Shown: positions 12,201-25,687 of the stretch, in pieces
Layout of the letters: every line of letters begins with the position of its first letter
How positions within the stretch are numbered: the stretch's first letter is position 1
NCBI GenBank assembly: GCA_002269645.1
Contig: NIVC01002623.1
Location: 62,001-126,000, forward strand
DNA length: 64,000 bases
Source of the DNA: Macrostomum lignano
Lineage: Eukaryota
Direction of reading: 5' to 3'
Notes under the pieces: generated by a model
The model's database searches: none
Told to the model about the DNA's origin: nothing
What the model saw: only the letters and a program-made list of their open reading frames with translations
Translations under genes and position numbers: made by a program

Positions 12201-15200
12201 TGAGCTCTAATGCCGGTATTCAATATCCCATAATAATCGCACGCGATGATGGGGGGTCTTTTATTTATCGTTTTGGAACTTTTAGCACCTATTTTAGTAT
12301 ATAGGATTTTTATGCTAATTGTTTGCAGTCTGTCCGTGCGCTTTTTCATTGCTATTTGTACATATTGGGTCCAGTTCATATGTGGGCAATTTAAAGCAAT
12401 TTTTGTCACCTTCCCGCTGAGCTGAGCAAATATTTTTAGGCAGGGGGCTATAACATCTTTGAACCCCCCCTCCCCCGATGTCATTGCAGTGTCCCGCCTG
12501 ATGGGGTCGGCCGGGTCAGCCTCCATGGGCTCGTGCTACAGCTCCATGCCGAGCTCCCTGGGCATGGCTGCCAGCATGGGGCTGGGGGCCTACGACCAGA
12601 AGGCCGCCGGCATGCAGTTCCCCATGTCGCAGCGGCGCAAACGGCGGGTGCTGTTCACCCAGGCGCAGGTGTACGAGCTGGAGAGGCGCTTCAAGCAGCA
12701 GAAGTACCTGTCAGCTCCGGAACGGGAGCAGCTCGCCCAGATGATCAACCTGACACCAACTCAGGTGAGTGAAGAGAGACTGACGATGGGCATGTTTTAG
12801 ATCTGAGAGTGACACCATGTTTTAGATCTGAGGGTGACACCATGTTTTAGATCTGAGAGTGACGGCATGTTTTAGATCTGAGAGTAACACCATGTTTCAG
12901 ATCTGAGAGTGACAGCATGTTTTAGATCTGAGAGTGACAGCATGTTTTAGATCTGAGAGTGACGGCATGTTTTAGATCTGAGAGTGACGGCATGTTTTAG
13001 ATCTGAGAGTGACGGCATGTTTTAGATCTGAGAGTGACACCATGTTTCAGATCTGAGAGTGACACCATGTTTCAGATCTGAGAGTGACACCATGTTTCAG
13101 ATCTGAGAGTGACACCATGTTTCAGATCTGAGAGTGACAGCATGTTTCAGATCTGAGAGTGACAGCATGTTTTAGATCTGAGAGTGACGGCATGTTATAG
13201 ATTTGAGAGTGACGGCATGTTTTAGATCTGAGAGTGACAGCATGTTTTAGATCTGAGAGTGACAGCATGTTTTAGATCTGAGAGTGACGGCATGTTTTAG
13301 ATCTGAGAGTGACGGCATGTTTTAGATCTGAGAGTGACGGCATGTTTTAGATCTGAGAGTGACACCATGTTTTAGATCTGAGAGTGACACCATGTTTTAG
13401 ATCTGAGAGTGACACCATGTTTTAGATCTGAGAGTGACACCATGTTTCAGATCTGAGAGTGACACCATGTTTCAGATCTGAGAGTGACACCATGTTTCAG
13501 ATCTGAGAGTGACACCATGTTTTAGATCTGAGAGTGACGCCATTTCTTAGGCCTAATATTATGGCGGCACTATTTAGATCTGGGATTTCGATGTCGAAGG
13601 GTTAACACCACCTATTTTTCACTAGTTCACACAGTACCCCGGTATAAATGTAAAAGCAAAAAAATCCCCAAAGATGACAAAAATATTTATTTATCCCAAA
13701 GGTAGCTCAAAGCTATTCAAGGCTCCCCAGCTCACACAGCCTGTTGAGCAGGAGACACTCCTGAAGTCAGGCAGGCGGGGAGAAGATGCAGCTTGAGTGA
13801 CGCAGGGGTTTCAATAGAAAGTTGAGGCGTTTGTTGCCAGCCACCACTGCAGTTGATGGAGAGAGTCGGTAGGCGGGCAGAACAGTGTGAAAGTGAAATT
13901 GAGAACTGCAGGCAATTCCGTGGGGAGCCGTGCAGGTTATGCTTTTAAGGAGCTGCATGAAGCATTGTCTCAAGCACTGCACTGATCAGTCAGTCAGAAC
14001 TGTGCTCAGCCTCTCTTCACCTGCTGCAGCTTCTCTCTCTCTTCTGCTCACTTCTGACCTCTTCAAAGCCAAACTCTTCATATCTGTGCTCGCCTTGTGA
14101 GGCTCGGAGTTTCTACCTCAGCAGTGAAAGCTGCTGGCTGAGTTGCGCAAATTCCGACTTTCCCTTCTCTCGCGCCTGCTTCCGCATGCTTGCAGAAACA
14201 AACTGCCAGGAAATATCCCTTGCCCTGTTGTTGCAGTCTCCAGGCAGCTCCGCGGGCTGAGTCCAAAACCAGCCCCCCCCTCCGACACTCGGTGAAACTC
14301 TGCATGGCTGCTATAGCCCCGTTTTTCATTAATTCTTTCTTTCTTTCTTTCTTTTACCTGTATGGCACATTGCTTTGTTGCTGTCTGCTACTAGGAGAGA
14401 TGGGGCGGAGCTGCTAATTAATTAGTCAGCCCCGGTCTGGCGGGAGCAAATGCGCCGCTCTCTGCAAAGTGGAAAGTGAGAGTATATGATGGGGTGCCAC
14501 GGACTTCTTCCAGGAGATGTCGGAGGCCGCTCTTGGCACTGCGAGGCGCGGGGCTGAGAGGCCTGCATGCTGTGAGAGACAAGCGATGGAACAGTGGGGG
14601 GGGGGTTTAAACTAACAGAAATTCAATTGTGGCTGCCTGGCACGGAGCTGCAGCTATCAATAAGCTGCTACCCCGCCGCCATGCTAGCACGGAGGCAAGT
14701 GGGGCCCGGCAAGGATGGAGGGCCGGAAGAGTTCACAATTTGGAAACAATTCGTCAGGAAGCTGTACAGAGAGCCTCACAGATGGGTTCTCACTGAATTC
14801 CGGAACCCCCCCCCCCAATTAGCCTGGCCCGTACCGTTACGGTCTCGCGTGAGCCGTCTGCAGGGCAAGCGGACGGACACCGCTCAGCGGAAGACAATGG
14901 CTAGGGGATAAGCGAGGCCCGGGCCGATCCAAGTGAAGCATCGGGGAAGCTTCATCAGAGTAGAGCGGAAACGGGAGAATCGCCAGCCATTGTTGCTTGG
15001 GCCGGCGCTTCCGATCCCATTTTGCTGCCTGCCCCCCCCCCGCCTGGCTCTAATTGCTCTCGAATAAGCCGCACAGAACAGCAGCCCTTCTTGTCCGGGA
15101 TTGGGATTGCTGAAAGAGATCAGATGGAGAGCTGAGGCTGCGGATCCCGCCGTTCTGTTGGTGGATCTTGGAAGATGCGTCACGCGCCCGCCTCCCCCTC

Positions 15201-16040
15201 CGTGTCTCTTGCTGTTGATTGACAGCCGTCCGTGCTCCAGGGGCATTGTGAAAGAGTAGGCAGCTTTGAATCCACCCAGTGAGTGACTTTGCACCTTCTA
15301 CGGCCTCAACTCATGCTCCCCCCTTGCCCGCCCGCTCCCAGGTGAAAATCTGGTTTCAGAACCATCGCTACAAGTGCAAGCGCGCCTCCAAGGACAAGAG
15401 CGGCGGCGGCGGCGGCGGCGGCGGCGACACCAGCAGCCTGAACACGTCCAAGGACTCGAACTCCAGCTCGGGCGGCCACAACCACCGCTCGCCCAAGGCC
15501 GGCGGGCCGCACGTGAAAAGTGAAAAATCCGGCGGCGGACATCCGCAGCACCAGCTGCACCATCAGCACCAGCTGCAGCACCATCCCGGCTCTGCTTCGT
15601 CTATCGATCGGGCCGCGGCCGCTGCGGCTGCTGCAGCGGCTGCCGCGGCAGCTGCCGCCGCCTCTGGAGACCTCGCCGGCGGAGGAGCTGGAGGCGTCAG
15701 CGGCGCCGGCAGCGGCGGAGCCGGGCAGCTGGGCCTGGAGCACCATCACCTGCACCACCACCTGCACCACAAGCAGACGGGCGACGGCAAGCTGTCGGAG
15801 AACAGCGGCCTGTCCACCCCGCCGGAGTTCACTGCCACAACGTCGCCGCACTTCGGCCACCACCTGCAGCAGCAGCAGCAGTTGGCTCAGCAGCAGCAGC
15901 AGCAGCACCCCCACGCGCAGCAGCTGATGCAGCAGCACCAGATGCATCACCCGATGCACCACCCTGGAGCCGCGGCCGCCGCAGCCGCCGGCGCCGCCGC
16001 TTTCCCAATGCTCGGCGCCTCCAGGCAGGGCGTCTGGTAG
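9259..16040 (+). CDS. Nkx2-1: NK2.1/scarecrow-type homeobox transcription factor, 426 aa; exons 9259-9565, 12490-12764, 15342-16040
   Basis: N-terminus MSLSP...SFRVTDLL is a TN/eh1 motif. DPRFAT|MSRLMG matches the Nkx2.1 exon junction. Homeodomain [44 protein letters not shown]|[14 protein letters not shown] has the NK2-diagnostic Tyr54. C-terminal GVW*. GT-AG introns 9566-12489 (phase 1) and 12765-15341 (phase 0) keep the frame (1281 nt). Confidence 0.95.
9640..10550. repeat. 34-bp minisatellite CTGTCTACCCTCTACATATCCTCTCTTATCTCC(G/T) in NK2.1 intron 1
   Basis: About 27 units, switching from the CCG to the CCT variant along the array. Confidence 0.97.
12790..13540. repeat. 25-bp minisatellite TTTAGATCTGAGAGTGACACCATGT in NK2.1 intron 2
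   Basis: About 30 units starting about 25 nt after the donor. Confidence 0.97.
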
Positions 16041-19000
16041 GCGCCTGGTGCACCATGAAGGCTGCCGGCCGGCGCATCCAGCCGGGAGATTCCAATGCAA
16101 ACCCCAATCAGCTCTCTTTCTGACTGAGCCGAACTCAACCGTTCTGTGTGCCCCGCACAGAGCCCCCTCTCTTGTTCTGTCATCGGCCTCCCAAACCTAT
16201 ATAAGCTTCATCAGTAGTTTTTATTTGATTTGCTTCATTTGTCTGTCCGATTTCTGTAAAACTGGACACTGCAGTTGCACCCAATGCCCCCCTACCTACG
16301 CGTCTCAATGCACACCTGCGGCCGGAGATCTACCTGTCCATGCTTATGCCTGTAAGTGTACATACCGCGGGCAGCGTCTGTCGTACGTAGATTATAAACA
16401 CAACTATATATGCTAATCGAGCACCTGCAACGCCCAATGCACATCTGTTTGAATTCAACCCTCAAGCCTGTTGCAGAAGAGAAATCCCACAGAACGAAAA
16501 TATCCCCCTGTACCGCTTCTTGCTTGGAAAACTTTATCCTTAATTGTTGCTATTGCTATTATGCTACAAACCTGTTTCATTCTCCGTGTCTGTCCGTTGC
16601 CCTTCGCTGCGTGTTCTTGGAATATCCTGTCTAAATTATACCAACTCGAACTAATACAAATCCTATCAATTCAAAATGCTTCAATGCCATCGTGGAAGTG
16701 TGCAAGTCTCCATCAAGTATGCGTTTGTTTCTGCTTTTTTTAAATATGAAAAATTGAAGCAGATATAAAAGCAGCAAAACGGGTATATTTAGGCGAATTC
16801 AATTTGACAACTCAGACAGCACAATACAAATTGAGATTAAGATAGTAAGCAGGCAGTTTGCTGAGTATAAAATGAATGCGGCACAGCCCCCCATGCCCCT
16901 ACTGCTGCTTGCTTCTCTCAAGCTCTTCTTATCCATGCTGAGCCAGTCTCAGACCTTTGCCGCCTTCGCGCACTCAACCCGACCTGCTCAGCAGCTCCCA
17001 GCGGGAGGTCCCTCTTATGCTCGATTGTCTCTGGCTCGAGAGTTCACCGCAGTTCACCAGGAGTGCCGCCCCCCCCCCCAGTTAGAGTCCCTATCTCAAC
17101 AGCGAGCCCTGGCATGCTGGGATGGCAACCGCTGTTGTGCGCGGCGAGATGCTTTTCAGATACAGAGAGGGGGAGTGCGCAGAGGCTCCGGCTGTGGCTG
17201 CCTGCTCAACAATAACTAAGCATTGAGTTTGAGGCTTTGAGCAGCTCGGCCAGGGCCGGGGCCGAGCATCGAGTGACGTCACAGCAGGGGGAGGGGAGGA
17301 GCAGAGGCGGGAGAGAGGCAGGAGGGCACGCGCCCCCATCTCAAGCTGTTTCGTCTCTCCCCCTTTTCGTGGCACCCAAACTGTGTTTCGTGCTGCTTCT
17401 ACACCTGGTGGGAGGCGTGGGGATTCTTCCCGCAAAATTGCTCCGCTGGCCATACGGCGAGGGGCCATACGGTGCCCCCCACGATTTTCTTATCCTAAGA
17501 ACTCAGTTTTGCTTGCAAGAAAATCGCTTTGCTGCACGAGAGCCGTTCTGACTGCTGGGAATCGCGGGAGGCGAAAAGCTAGAAGCTCATCCTGTTCCGC
17601 TCAACAGGGAGACCAGATCGAACAAAGAAAAGCTATCCCTGCTATGAGGAGAAGGGAGCAATGAGGACACAGACCTGCTCAACAGAAGTCAAGTGGCACA
17701 CAGCTCAGGTAAACCCAGGAAGCGGGGAGTTCGCATCCCGCACCTGTCGAATGGGTGAAAAAAAGTTCAGTTCAGGCGAACTTCAGCAGCGCTGGCATCC
17801 GAGAGCCGCTTCGATCCGGCCGGGCAAAAAAAGTGGAAAAATGCGGCCAAAAGCAGAAGCGTCCAACAATTCCTTGGCAGCCCCCCCAACCTGCCCATGC
17901 AGCTCTCCAGAGCCGCGTCTGCTTCCTGTGCGGGCTGCAAAACCCCGTGTGGAAATTTTGCCACCAGCAGCGCCTGCTTGAAGTGGCCGAGAGCCGTCAG
18001 TGTGTCTGGGAGCAAGCACCAGCTCTAGCTGGGCATGAGTTGGGGGGGGATATTTTTGGACAGACACGGCAGGGGAGGAGCGACCCAAATGCGGAGATCC
18101 TCCATGTGCAGTTTTTGCACCTGAGATCAGCTTGAGTCACTGCAGCCGCTGCAGGCCAAGCGGCAGTGCACTTGGGTGGCGGGGGTGCGAGCTCAGGCCC
18201 TTAGCGATTCTTTCTGAAGAGATCCCTGCCTGCGCGGCCTGATGCACCTCGCTCCCCCTGCGCGGCCCGCTAGACCTAAACGCTTCCTTCCGGCAATCCC
18301 GCAGCAGCAGCAGCAGCAGCAGCAGATACAGCCAGCTCACAGAGAGTTGCCTGGAAAAAACCGGGGCTTCCTCCGTGCAGCAACACAGACGGGCTGTTAA
18401 AACGCAGCCGTATAATGGGGGGGGGCAGAGCGCAGAAAGGAAGGATAAGAAATTTCTTAACACCTTTTTTCTCTGGCTAAGCCAAGGACTTGGAGATCCA
18501 CAACGGGAAAGGAGGCGGGCTGGAGAAGTTCAGAGCGGGGTGAATGGAGGGGACCTGAACTCTCCCAGCGACCGGGGCACTGCGCGCTGTCGGTTGCCTC
18601 GCGCGCAAATCTGGCTTGTAGAAAAAGTCTTGGTAGGGGAGAATTCTCCCACGCCAAACTGGCATCCCAGCTTGCTGGAAAACTGCAGGCATGGGGAGAC
18701 GAGCTCGCAGAGGAGAGGACGTCACGAGGATAATTTGAGGAAAATCGCATGCATCCCCACTGCACAATAGGGGGGGGGGAGAATGACAGAGAGATGATGA
18801 GGCAGTTTGGGAGGCTGGGTGTGAGGGCTGTCAGTGATACAACTTTCACAACACATTCCAGTCGGCCCCCACAGCGCCCGCCTTGCGTGCCCGCCCGGGC
18901 CGCGCTGGCGCCGCAGAATCTGGGGGCGATTACGTGAAATTTTTAGATTGGGAAGAGAGACGCGGATTTGGGTGTGGGAGCTGTAATCGCAGGGGGGACG

Positions 19001-19399
19001 CTTGGAACGGAAGGGAGGCCGCAGTGATTGACAGGTTAGAAATGAGTGAGGAGTGGGGGAGAGGGTAGGGGAATGGATGGAATTCCCCCGCTGAGCAGGT
19101 TCTCACCTTCTCAATCTTATTTGGCGCATAACTATCTGAGGCTGAAACCGACTCGCTGAATAAGTCATGAGCTGTGATTGAGCTGAGCTGGAGTATGGGC
19201 CTCGGGTCTCAAACAAAACCGCCCCGTGAATTCAAAATCTAAATCGTTTCTTAGAAACACCAGAGAGTTCCAGTTTTTGCAGTAGGGTCTCGAAATTCAA
19301 AAGCACCGAGCTTCAACGATCCGGGCTTGCGGAGTGCGTCTGGCAGCTCCGGCTCTGAAATGTGGGGGGCATTGCGGTTTGAAAGGTTTTCAGTAAGTG

Positions 19400-21232
19400 C
19401 ATGAGTTAGTTTATGAGTTTATGAGTTTATGAGTGAGTTTATGAGTGAGTTTATGAGTGAGTTCATGAGTTGATGAGTGAGTTTATGAGTGAGTTTATGA
19501 GTTTATGAGTGAGTTTATGAGTGAGTTCATGAGTTTATGAGTTTATGAGTGAGTTCATGAGTTTATGAGTTTATGAGTGAGTTCATGAGTTTATGAGTTT
19601 ATAAGTGAGTTCATGAGTTTATGAGTTTATGAGTGAGTTCATGAGTTTATGAGTGAGTTCATGAATGAGTTCATGAGTTTATGAGTGAGTTTATGAGTGA
19701 GTTTATGAGTTTATGAGTGAGTTTATGAGTGAGTTCATGAGTTTATGAGTTTATGAGTGAGTTCATGAGTTTATGAGTTTATGAGTGAGTTCATGAGTTT
19801 ATGAGTTTATAAGTGAGTTCATGAGTTTATGAGTGAGTTCATGAGTGAGTTCATGAGTTTATGAGTGAGTTCATGAGTGAGTTCATGAGTTTATGAGTGA
19901 GTTTATGAGTGAGTTTATGAGTTTATGAGTGAGTTCATGAGTTCATGAGTTTATGAGTGAGTTTATGAGTGAGTTCATGAGTTCATGAGTTTATGAGTGA
20001 GTTTATGAGTGAGTTCAGGAGTTTATGAGTGAGTTCATGAGTTCATGAGTTTGTGAGTGAGTTTATGAGTGAGTTCATGAGTGAGTTCATGAGTTCATGA
20101 GTTTATGAGTGAGTTTATGAGTGAGTTCATGAGTTCATGAGTTTATGAGTGAGTTTATGAGTGAGTTCATGAGTTCATGAGTTTATGAGTGAGTTTATGA
20201 GTGAGTTCATGAGTTTATGAGTGAGTTCATGAGTTCATGAGTTTGTGAGTGAGTTTATGAGTGAGTTCATGAGTTCATGAACAGCAGCTCCGGCTCTGAA
20301 ATGTGGGGGGCATTGCGGTTTGAAAGGTTTTCAGTAAGTGCATGAGTTAGTTTATGAGTTTATGAGTTTATGAGTGAGTTTATGAGTGAGTTTATGAGTG
20401 AGTTCATGAGTTTATGAGTGAGTTCATGAGTTTATGAGTGAGTTCATGAGTTCATGAGTTTGTGAGTGAGTTTATGAGTGAGTTCATGAGTGAGTTCATG
20501 AGTTCATGAGTTTATGAGTGAGTTTATGAGTGAGTTCATGAGTTCATGAGTTTATGAGTGAGTTTATTAGTGAGTTCATGAGTTTATGAGTGAGTTCATG
20601 AGTTCATGAGTTTGTGAGTGAGTTTATGAGTGAGTTCATGAGTTCATGAGTTTGTGAGTGAGTTTATGAGTGAGTTCATGAGTTCATGAGTTTGTGAGTG
20701 AGTTTATGAGTGAGTTCATGAGTTCATGAGTTTGTGAGTGAGTTTATGAGTGAGTTCATGAGTGAGTTCATGAGTTCATGAGTTTATGAGTGAGTTTATG
20801 AGTGAGTTCATGAGTTCATGAGTTTATGAGTGAGTTTATGAGTGAGTTCATGAGTTTATGAGTGAGTTCATGAGTTCATGAGTGAGTTCATGAGTTTATG
20901 AGTGAGTTCATGAGTTCATGAGTTTGTGAGTGAGTTTATGAGTGAGTTCATGAGTTCATGAGTTTGTGAGTGAGTTTATGAGTGAGTTTATGAGTTCATG
21001 AGTTCATAAGTTCATGAGTTTATGAGTTTATGAGTTATTGAGTTTATGAGTTAATGAGTTTATGAGTTATTGAGTTCATGAGTTTATGAGTTTATGAGTT
21101 CATTAGTTCATGAGTTCATGAGGTTATGAGTGAGTTCATGAGTTCATAAGTGAGTTCATGAGTGAGTTTATGAGTTCATGAGTGAGTTCATGAGTTCATG
21201 AGTGAGTTCATGAGTGAGTTCATGAGTTAGTT
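19400..21232. repeat. ATGAGTT(T/C) / ATGAGTGAGTT(T/C) 8/12-bp satellite, interrupted once by a duplicated unique segment
   Basis: Unique segment 19343-19420 recurs at 20284-20361. Confidence 0.95.
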
Positions 21233-22869
21233 CAAAGAATGAGTCTCATGAACTTTTAGCTCGCCGAACGCCAGTGCTTCGGCGAATCGCCCATTTCTCC
21301 CGGACGCACGGCAGGCAGATTCCGTGCGGCAGTTCTCTCCAATCAGGGGTCCCCTTTCGAATCGCCTCTTGCCTTAGGCTTAATCTGCAACTCTTCCCAA
21401 AATTTCTTCGAAATTTTATCCCATTCAATGCACAAACTGATCCCACCAAGTAGCCATGGATACCCACGTCTCACCTGCAGCTGTAGTCCATGGTCTCGCA
21501 TGGAAGCCTCGGCGCAGTGCCTGCCAGTCTGGCCACCACGGCCCGGCAGCCAAAGCAGAGCTCCGTTGGGCCGGTGGGTCGCCTTCAACGCCCCGTTTCA
21601 CACACTTTATATAACGGCGACAAGAGAGGGGAGGGAGAAGAATGGGAATTAGAAGGGCCCCTTTGCCCCCCCTCTCGGAGGCCCGAGGACCTCCTTCTCC
21701 TCTTCTGGCGTGTCCTCTCGGCCTCCAGTTGCTGCGTCGGCCTCTCCTCAGCCACAATGTGAAGAGCTTGTAAAGTGCACTTTCCAGGTCTTATCCGTAA
21801 TACTCTATGGGGATCTTGATTCGGAACCCCGCCAGCTCCTCCAATCGCCCCCCCCTCGACTGGCTGAGGGCTTGTTGGCCGGGGTCTTCGCCCCGCTGAG
21901 CTGCTCCTGAGAAGCGGCGCAGCTGAGCTGGGGGGGGGGAGGCGCCACTTCATCTTGCCCGCCTTGGCAGCGGAGCCTCAAGTGGCTTGGGACAAATGTT
22001 TGATTTTTGCGTGGAGGCTTCCCAGCTACCACCCCCCCCCCCGACAGGGCGCCTTCATCCCCTCCAAATCCTTAAGCCGTGCGCGTCCCAATCTCTTAAT
22101 AATCCGCCTCGCCGTTTCCCACCCGTGCGTCTCTCTCTCTCTCTCTCTCTCGCCCCCGGGGCGCTGGAGGTTCTGCGCGCTTGCGCGCTTACTCGCGCGC
22201 AGGACTCGCGCAACTCACCCCCCCCTGTTCCCTCTCTCGGGGGGAGTGGAGATTATTTATAAGGCGATATTTAGCGAGTGAAAACTGGGGGCTGGCTGTC
22301 TCGGACAGAACATGCAGGCGGCGGCAGGGGATTTAACTAATCTCTGCAGAGACCCGGGAGCAAACAGAGGGAAGCCCTAAGTGGTTTGGGTTTGCCGTGG
22401 CAGCTCGAACTCGGAAAACATCACGGACCAGGAGGGGGGGGGTGGTGGTTCGGACTCAGAGCTCACACAGCTCAAGAGAGCCGCCTGAATTACAATAGGA
22501 AATATTGGCGATTGGAGAAATTGGAGTTCATTGTTGCCAGGCTCAGCTTCAGCGAGAACCGATGAGGGTCGGGAGGTGGGGGACAAGTCAGTTCATCTCG
22601 ATCGGGTATTGAGGCCTTTCAAATAAATAAGTCTTTGTTTAGAACGGCATTTTGCTGAGTCTTTGTGTTTTTGTGGCTTTATTAAGAAAAAAGTTGCAAT
22701 TTCGCGTTAATATCCCTGCATATCAAGGCTGTGAGGCAATTGGACCCCCACTGCTCCATTGAGCAATTTTTCGACAAGAATATCTATTCGGAGTATTGGG
22801 GGTGGGGACTGCAGGCTGAGTATCCGGGTCGGTGTCGACTATTAGACCATTGAGCGCTGGCCTGATTGA

Positions 22870-23411
22870 AATTGGCGCTGAATTTTGGCGCTACGAAGGC
22901 TACCTTTCTGGCGCTTAAAACATTAAAGGTTTGGCGCTAATGAAAATTAATGATTTGGCGCTAATGACATTAAAGGTTTGACGCTAATGAAACTATTGAT
23001 TTGGCACTAATGAAATTAGTGATTTGGCGCTAATGACATTTAAAGATTTGGCGCTTAAAACATTAAAGGTTTGGCGCTAATGAAAATTAATGATTTGGCG
23101 CTAATGACATTAAAGGTTTGACGCTAATGAAACTATTGATTTGGCACTAATGAAATTAGTGATTTGGCGCTAATGACATTTAAAGATTTGGCGCTTAAAA
23201 CATTAAAGATTTGGCGCTAATGAAAATTAAAAGTTTGGCGCTAATACGAGCCGTAACATTAAGGATTTGGCGCTAATGATATTGAAGATCTGGCGCTAAG
23301 ATCATTAAAGATTTGGCGCTAATGATATTGAAGATCTGGCGCTAATGATATTGAAGATCTGGCGCTAATGACATTAAAGGGTTGGCGCTACTGATGTTTT
23401 TGGCGCCAAAA
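22870..23411. repeat. Degenerate 23-24-bp repeat with TTTGGCGCTAATG core and a 140-bp higher-order period
   Basis: GCGCTTAAAACATTAAAG recurs at 22911, 23051 and 23191. Confidence 0.85.
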
Positions 23412-24261
23412 CGCAAAGTTTTTTTAGTCCAGCATCCGAGAGCATGCTGCTTCATCAACTCCCCCAGTCGGTGCCGATCAGTTTACCAATTTCCTGCCAG
23501 GAAAATTTCCTGGAAAACCGAAACCTTGAATACTAATCTATTTTTATCCCAGATCAGCATATTAACGCTAGGATCTTGCATGAAAAGTCTGGAAATGCAA
23601 CACAGCCCCCCGCACCCCGCTGTCCACTCCGAGGACCTCGGCTGTCCGGAGCCGCTGTGAGGCGCGCGGGCAGTCGGGTCTCGGGCTGGCTGACCAATCA
23701 ATTCCTCCCCCAAGCTGCCACTTCAGGCCAGTCAAGGCGCTCTCAAAGAAGTCTCAGGAGTCCCCCCGCCGCCCGCTGACCAACTCAACTTGCTGGCTAA
23801 AACCGTGGGTTATTTTGGTGGGCCTTTCGCCAACTGAATGCATTTGGGGGGGGGGGCACTGAAGGATTGGAGGAAAACTTTCGCTTTTGCCAATTTTCTT
23901 CAACTTCTCCCTCACAGCAAGCACCTGGGGGACGGTGAAGAGGGGGGGCGGCGGCCTCTCCCGGCCACTCGAGGGTCCCCGGGGCCGGTGAAGTGCCTTC
24001 ATTTGTTGCAGAAGTGTGGTCCTGGGCAGGCAGCAGCAGAGGCCGGGGGGACAAGAGACCCCGCTCAGAAATTTGGCCACTTTGATAGCCGAGGGAGTTC
24101 AGGGCTGTTGACCCGCCCGCTTTCAAAATACTTGGGCGGCGGAAGTTTCAATATTTTGTGAGAAAATTGTGAGCGATTGGGCTGCTAATCTTTATTAGCC
24201 AGGACTGAAGATTTCCCAATGGCGGGGATGTCAATCATGCTAAGGGAAAGTTTGTTGCCAG

Positions 24262-24882
24262 AAGACACACAGACCATCAAGTCAGACGGACATGCCAGAC
24301 ACACAGAACATCAAGTCAGACGGACATGCCAGACACACAGACCATCAAGTCAGACGGACATGCCAGACACACAGACCATCAAGTCAGACGGACATGCCAG
24401 ACACACAGAACATCAAGTCAGACGGACATGCCAGACACACAGAACATCAAGTCAGACGGACATGCCAGACACACAGACCATCAAGTCAGACGGACATGCC
24501 AGACACACAGAACATCAAGTCAGACGGACATGCCAGACACACAGAACATCAAGTCAGACGGACATGCCAGACACACAGAACATCAAGTCAGACGGACATG
24601 CCAGACACACAGACCATCAAGTCAGACGGACATGCCAGACACACAGAACATCAAGTCAGACGGACATGCCAGACACACAGAACATCAAGTCAGACGGACA
24701 TGCCAGACACACAGACCATCAAGTCAGACGGACATGCCAGAAACACAGACCATCAAGTCAGACGGACATGTCAGACACACAGACCATCAAGTCAGACGGA
24801 CATGTCAGACACACAGACCATCAAGTCAGACGGACATGTCAGACACACAGACCATCAAGTCAGACGGACATGTCAGACACAG
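24262..24882. repeat. 34-bp minisatellite CACACAGACCATCAAGTCAGACGGACATGCCAGA
   Basis: About 18 units. Confidence 0.97.
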
Positions 24883-25687
24883 TGTATTATTAAAGGGGAT
24901 ACCGCCGTGAGAAATTGGCCCATCAGAAATCGGGAACAAAATCCGAAATCCCGCACGCGGCAAATATTTGACCCCAGCCGGACCTCCGGCCTCGCGGCCT
25001 TGCATTTCCGATTGACTTCGCCAGCGAACCGCCAGCCCCGGCCACGTGCCCGATGGCGGGCAGGAGGCTGGAGTGACACTCGCTGGCTGGCTTTCAGCGC
25101 ACAAGACGAGCCCCCGCGCCCAGCTGCTGCAGGGCGATCGAAATTCTCCAAGCAGTCTGGGGGGTGGGCGGAGCCGCTAATTGAGGCTGGCGACCCCCCC
25201 TCACCAGAGAGCCGAAAAACAATGCAAATTAGGGGGGCTTAAGGCAAACACTTCGCGACCTGCCAGTCAATGGCTAAAATGGGAGGCACAATGGGGATTA
25301 CTCTGAGTAACTGGCGGGTCAGGCCACTCGATCAGATCATGTTGGCAAACAGTTAGAGACTCTTTTAGTGCCCTGGCCTGGACTGATTGACTGCGGAATC
25401 CCGAGCTCCAGAATCCATCATCATCAGCCAGCATTAATCCCCATCAGCGTGACGTGACACTCCAAATTGGCTCTGCTTTTGTGTCTCCTCCCATTTTCTG
25501 GTGCAATGGTAGGACAATACAACTGCTGAGAACAATGGCCAGCCACCCGTGCCCTGATCAGAATTCATCGGGCGCTAATGGAGTTGTTGGGGAAAAATCT
25601 GCTAACTGAAATTGGGAGAATTTCAGCCATTAAATATATGGGATTGATTGGGAGTGATTTGCCCTGCACTGCAACTTGCACCGATCT

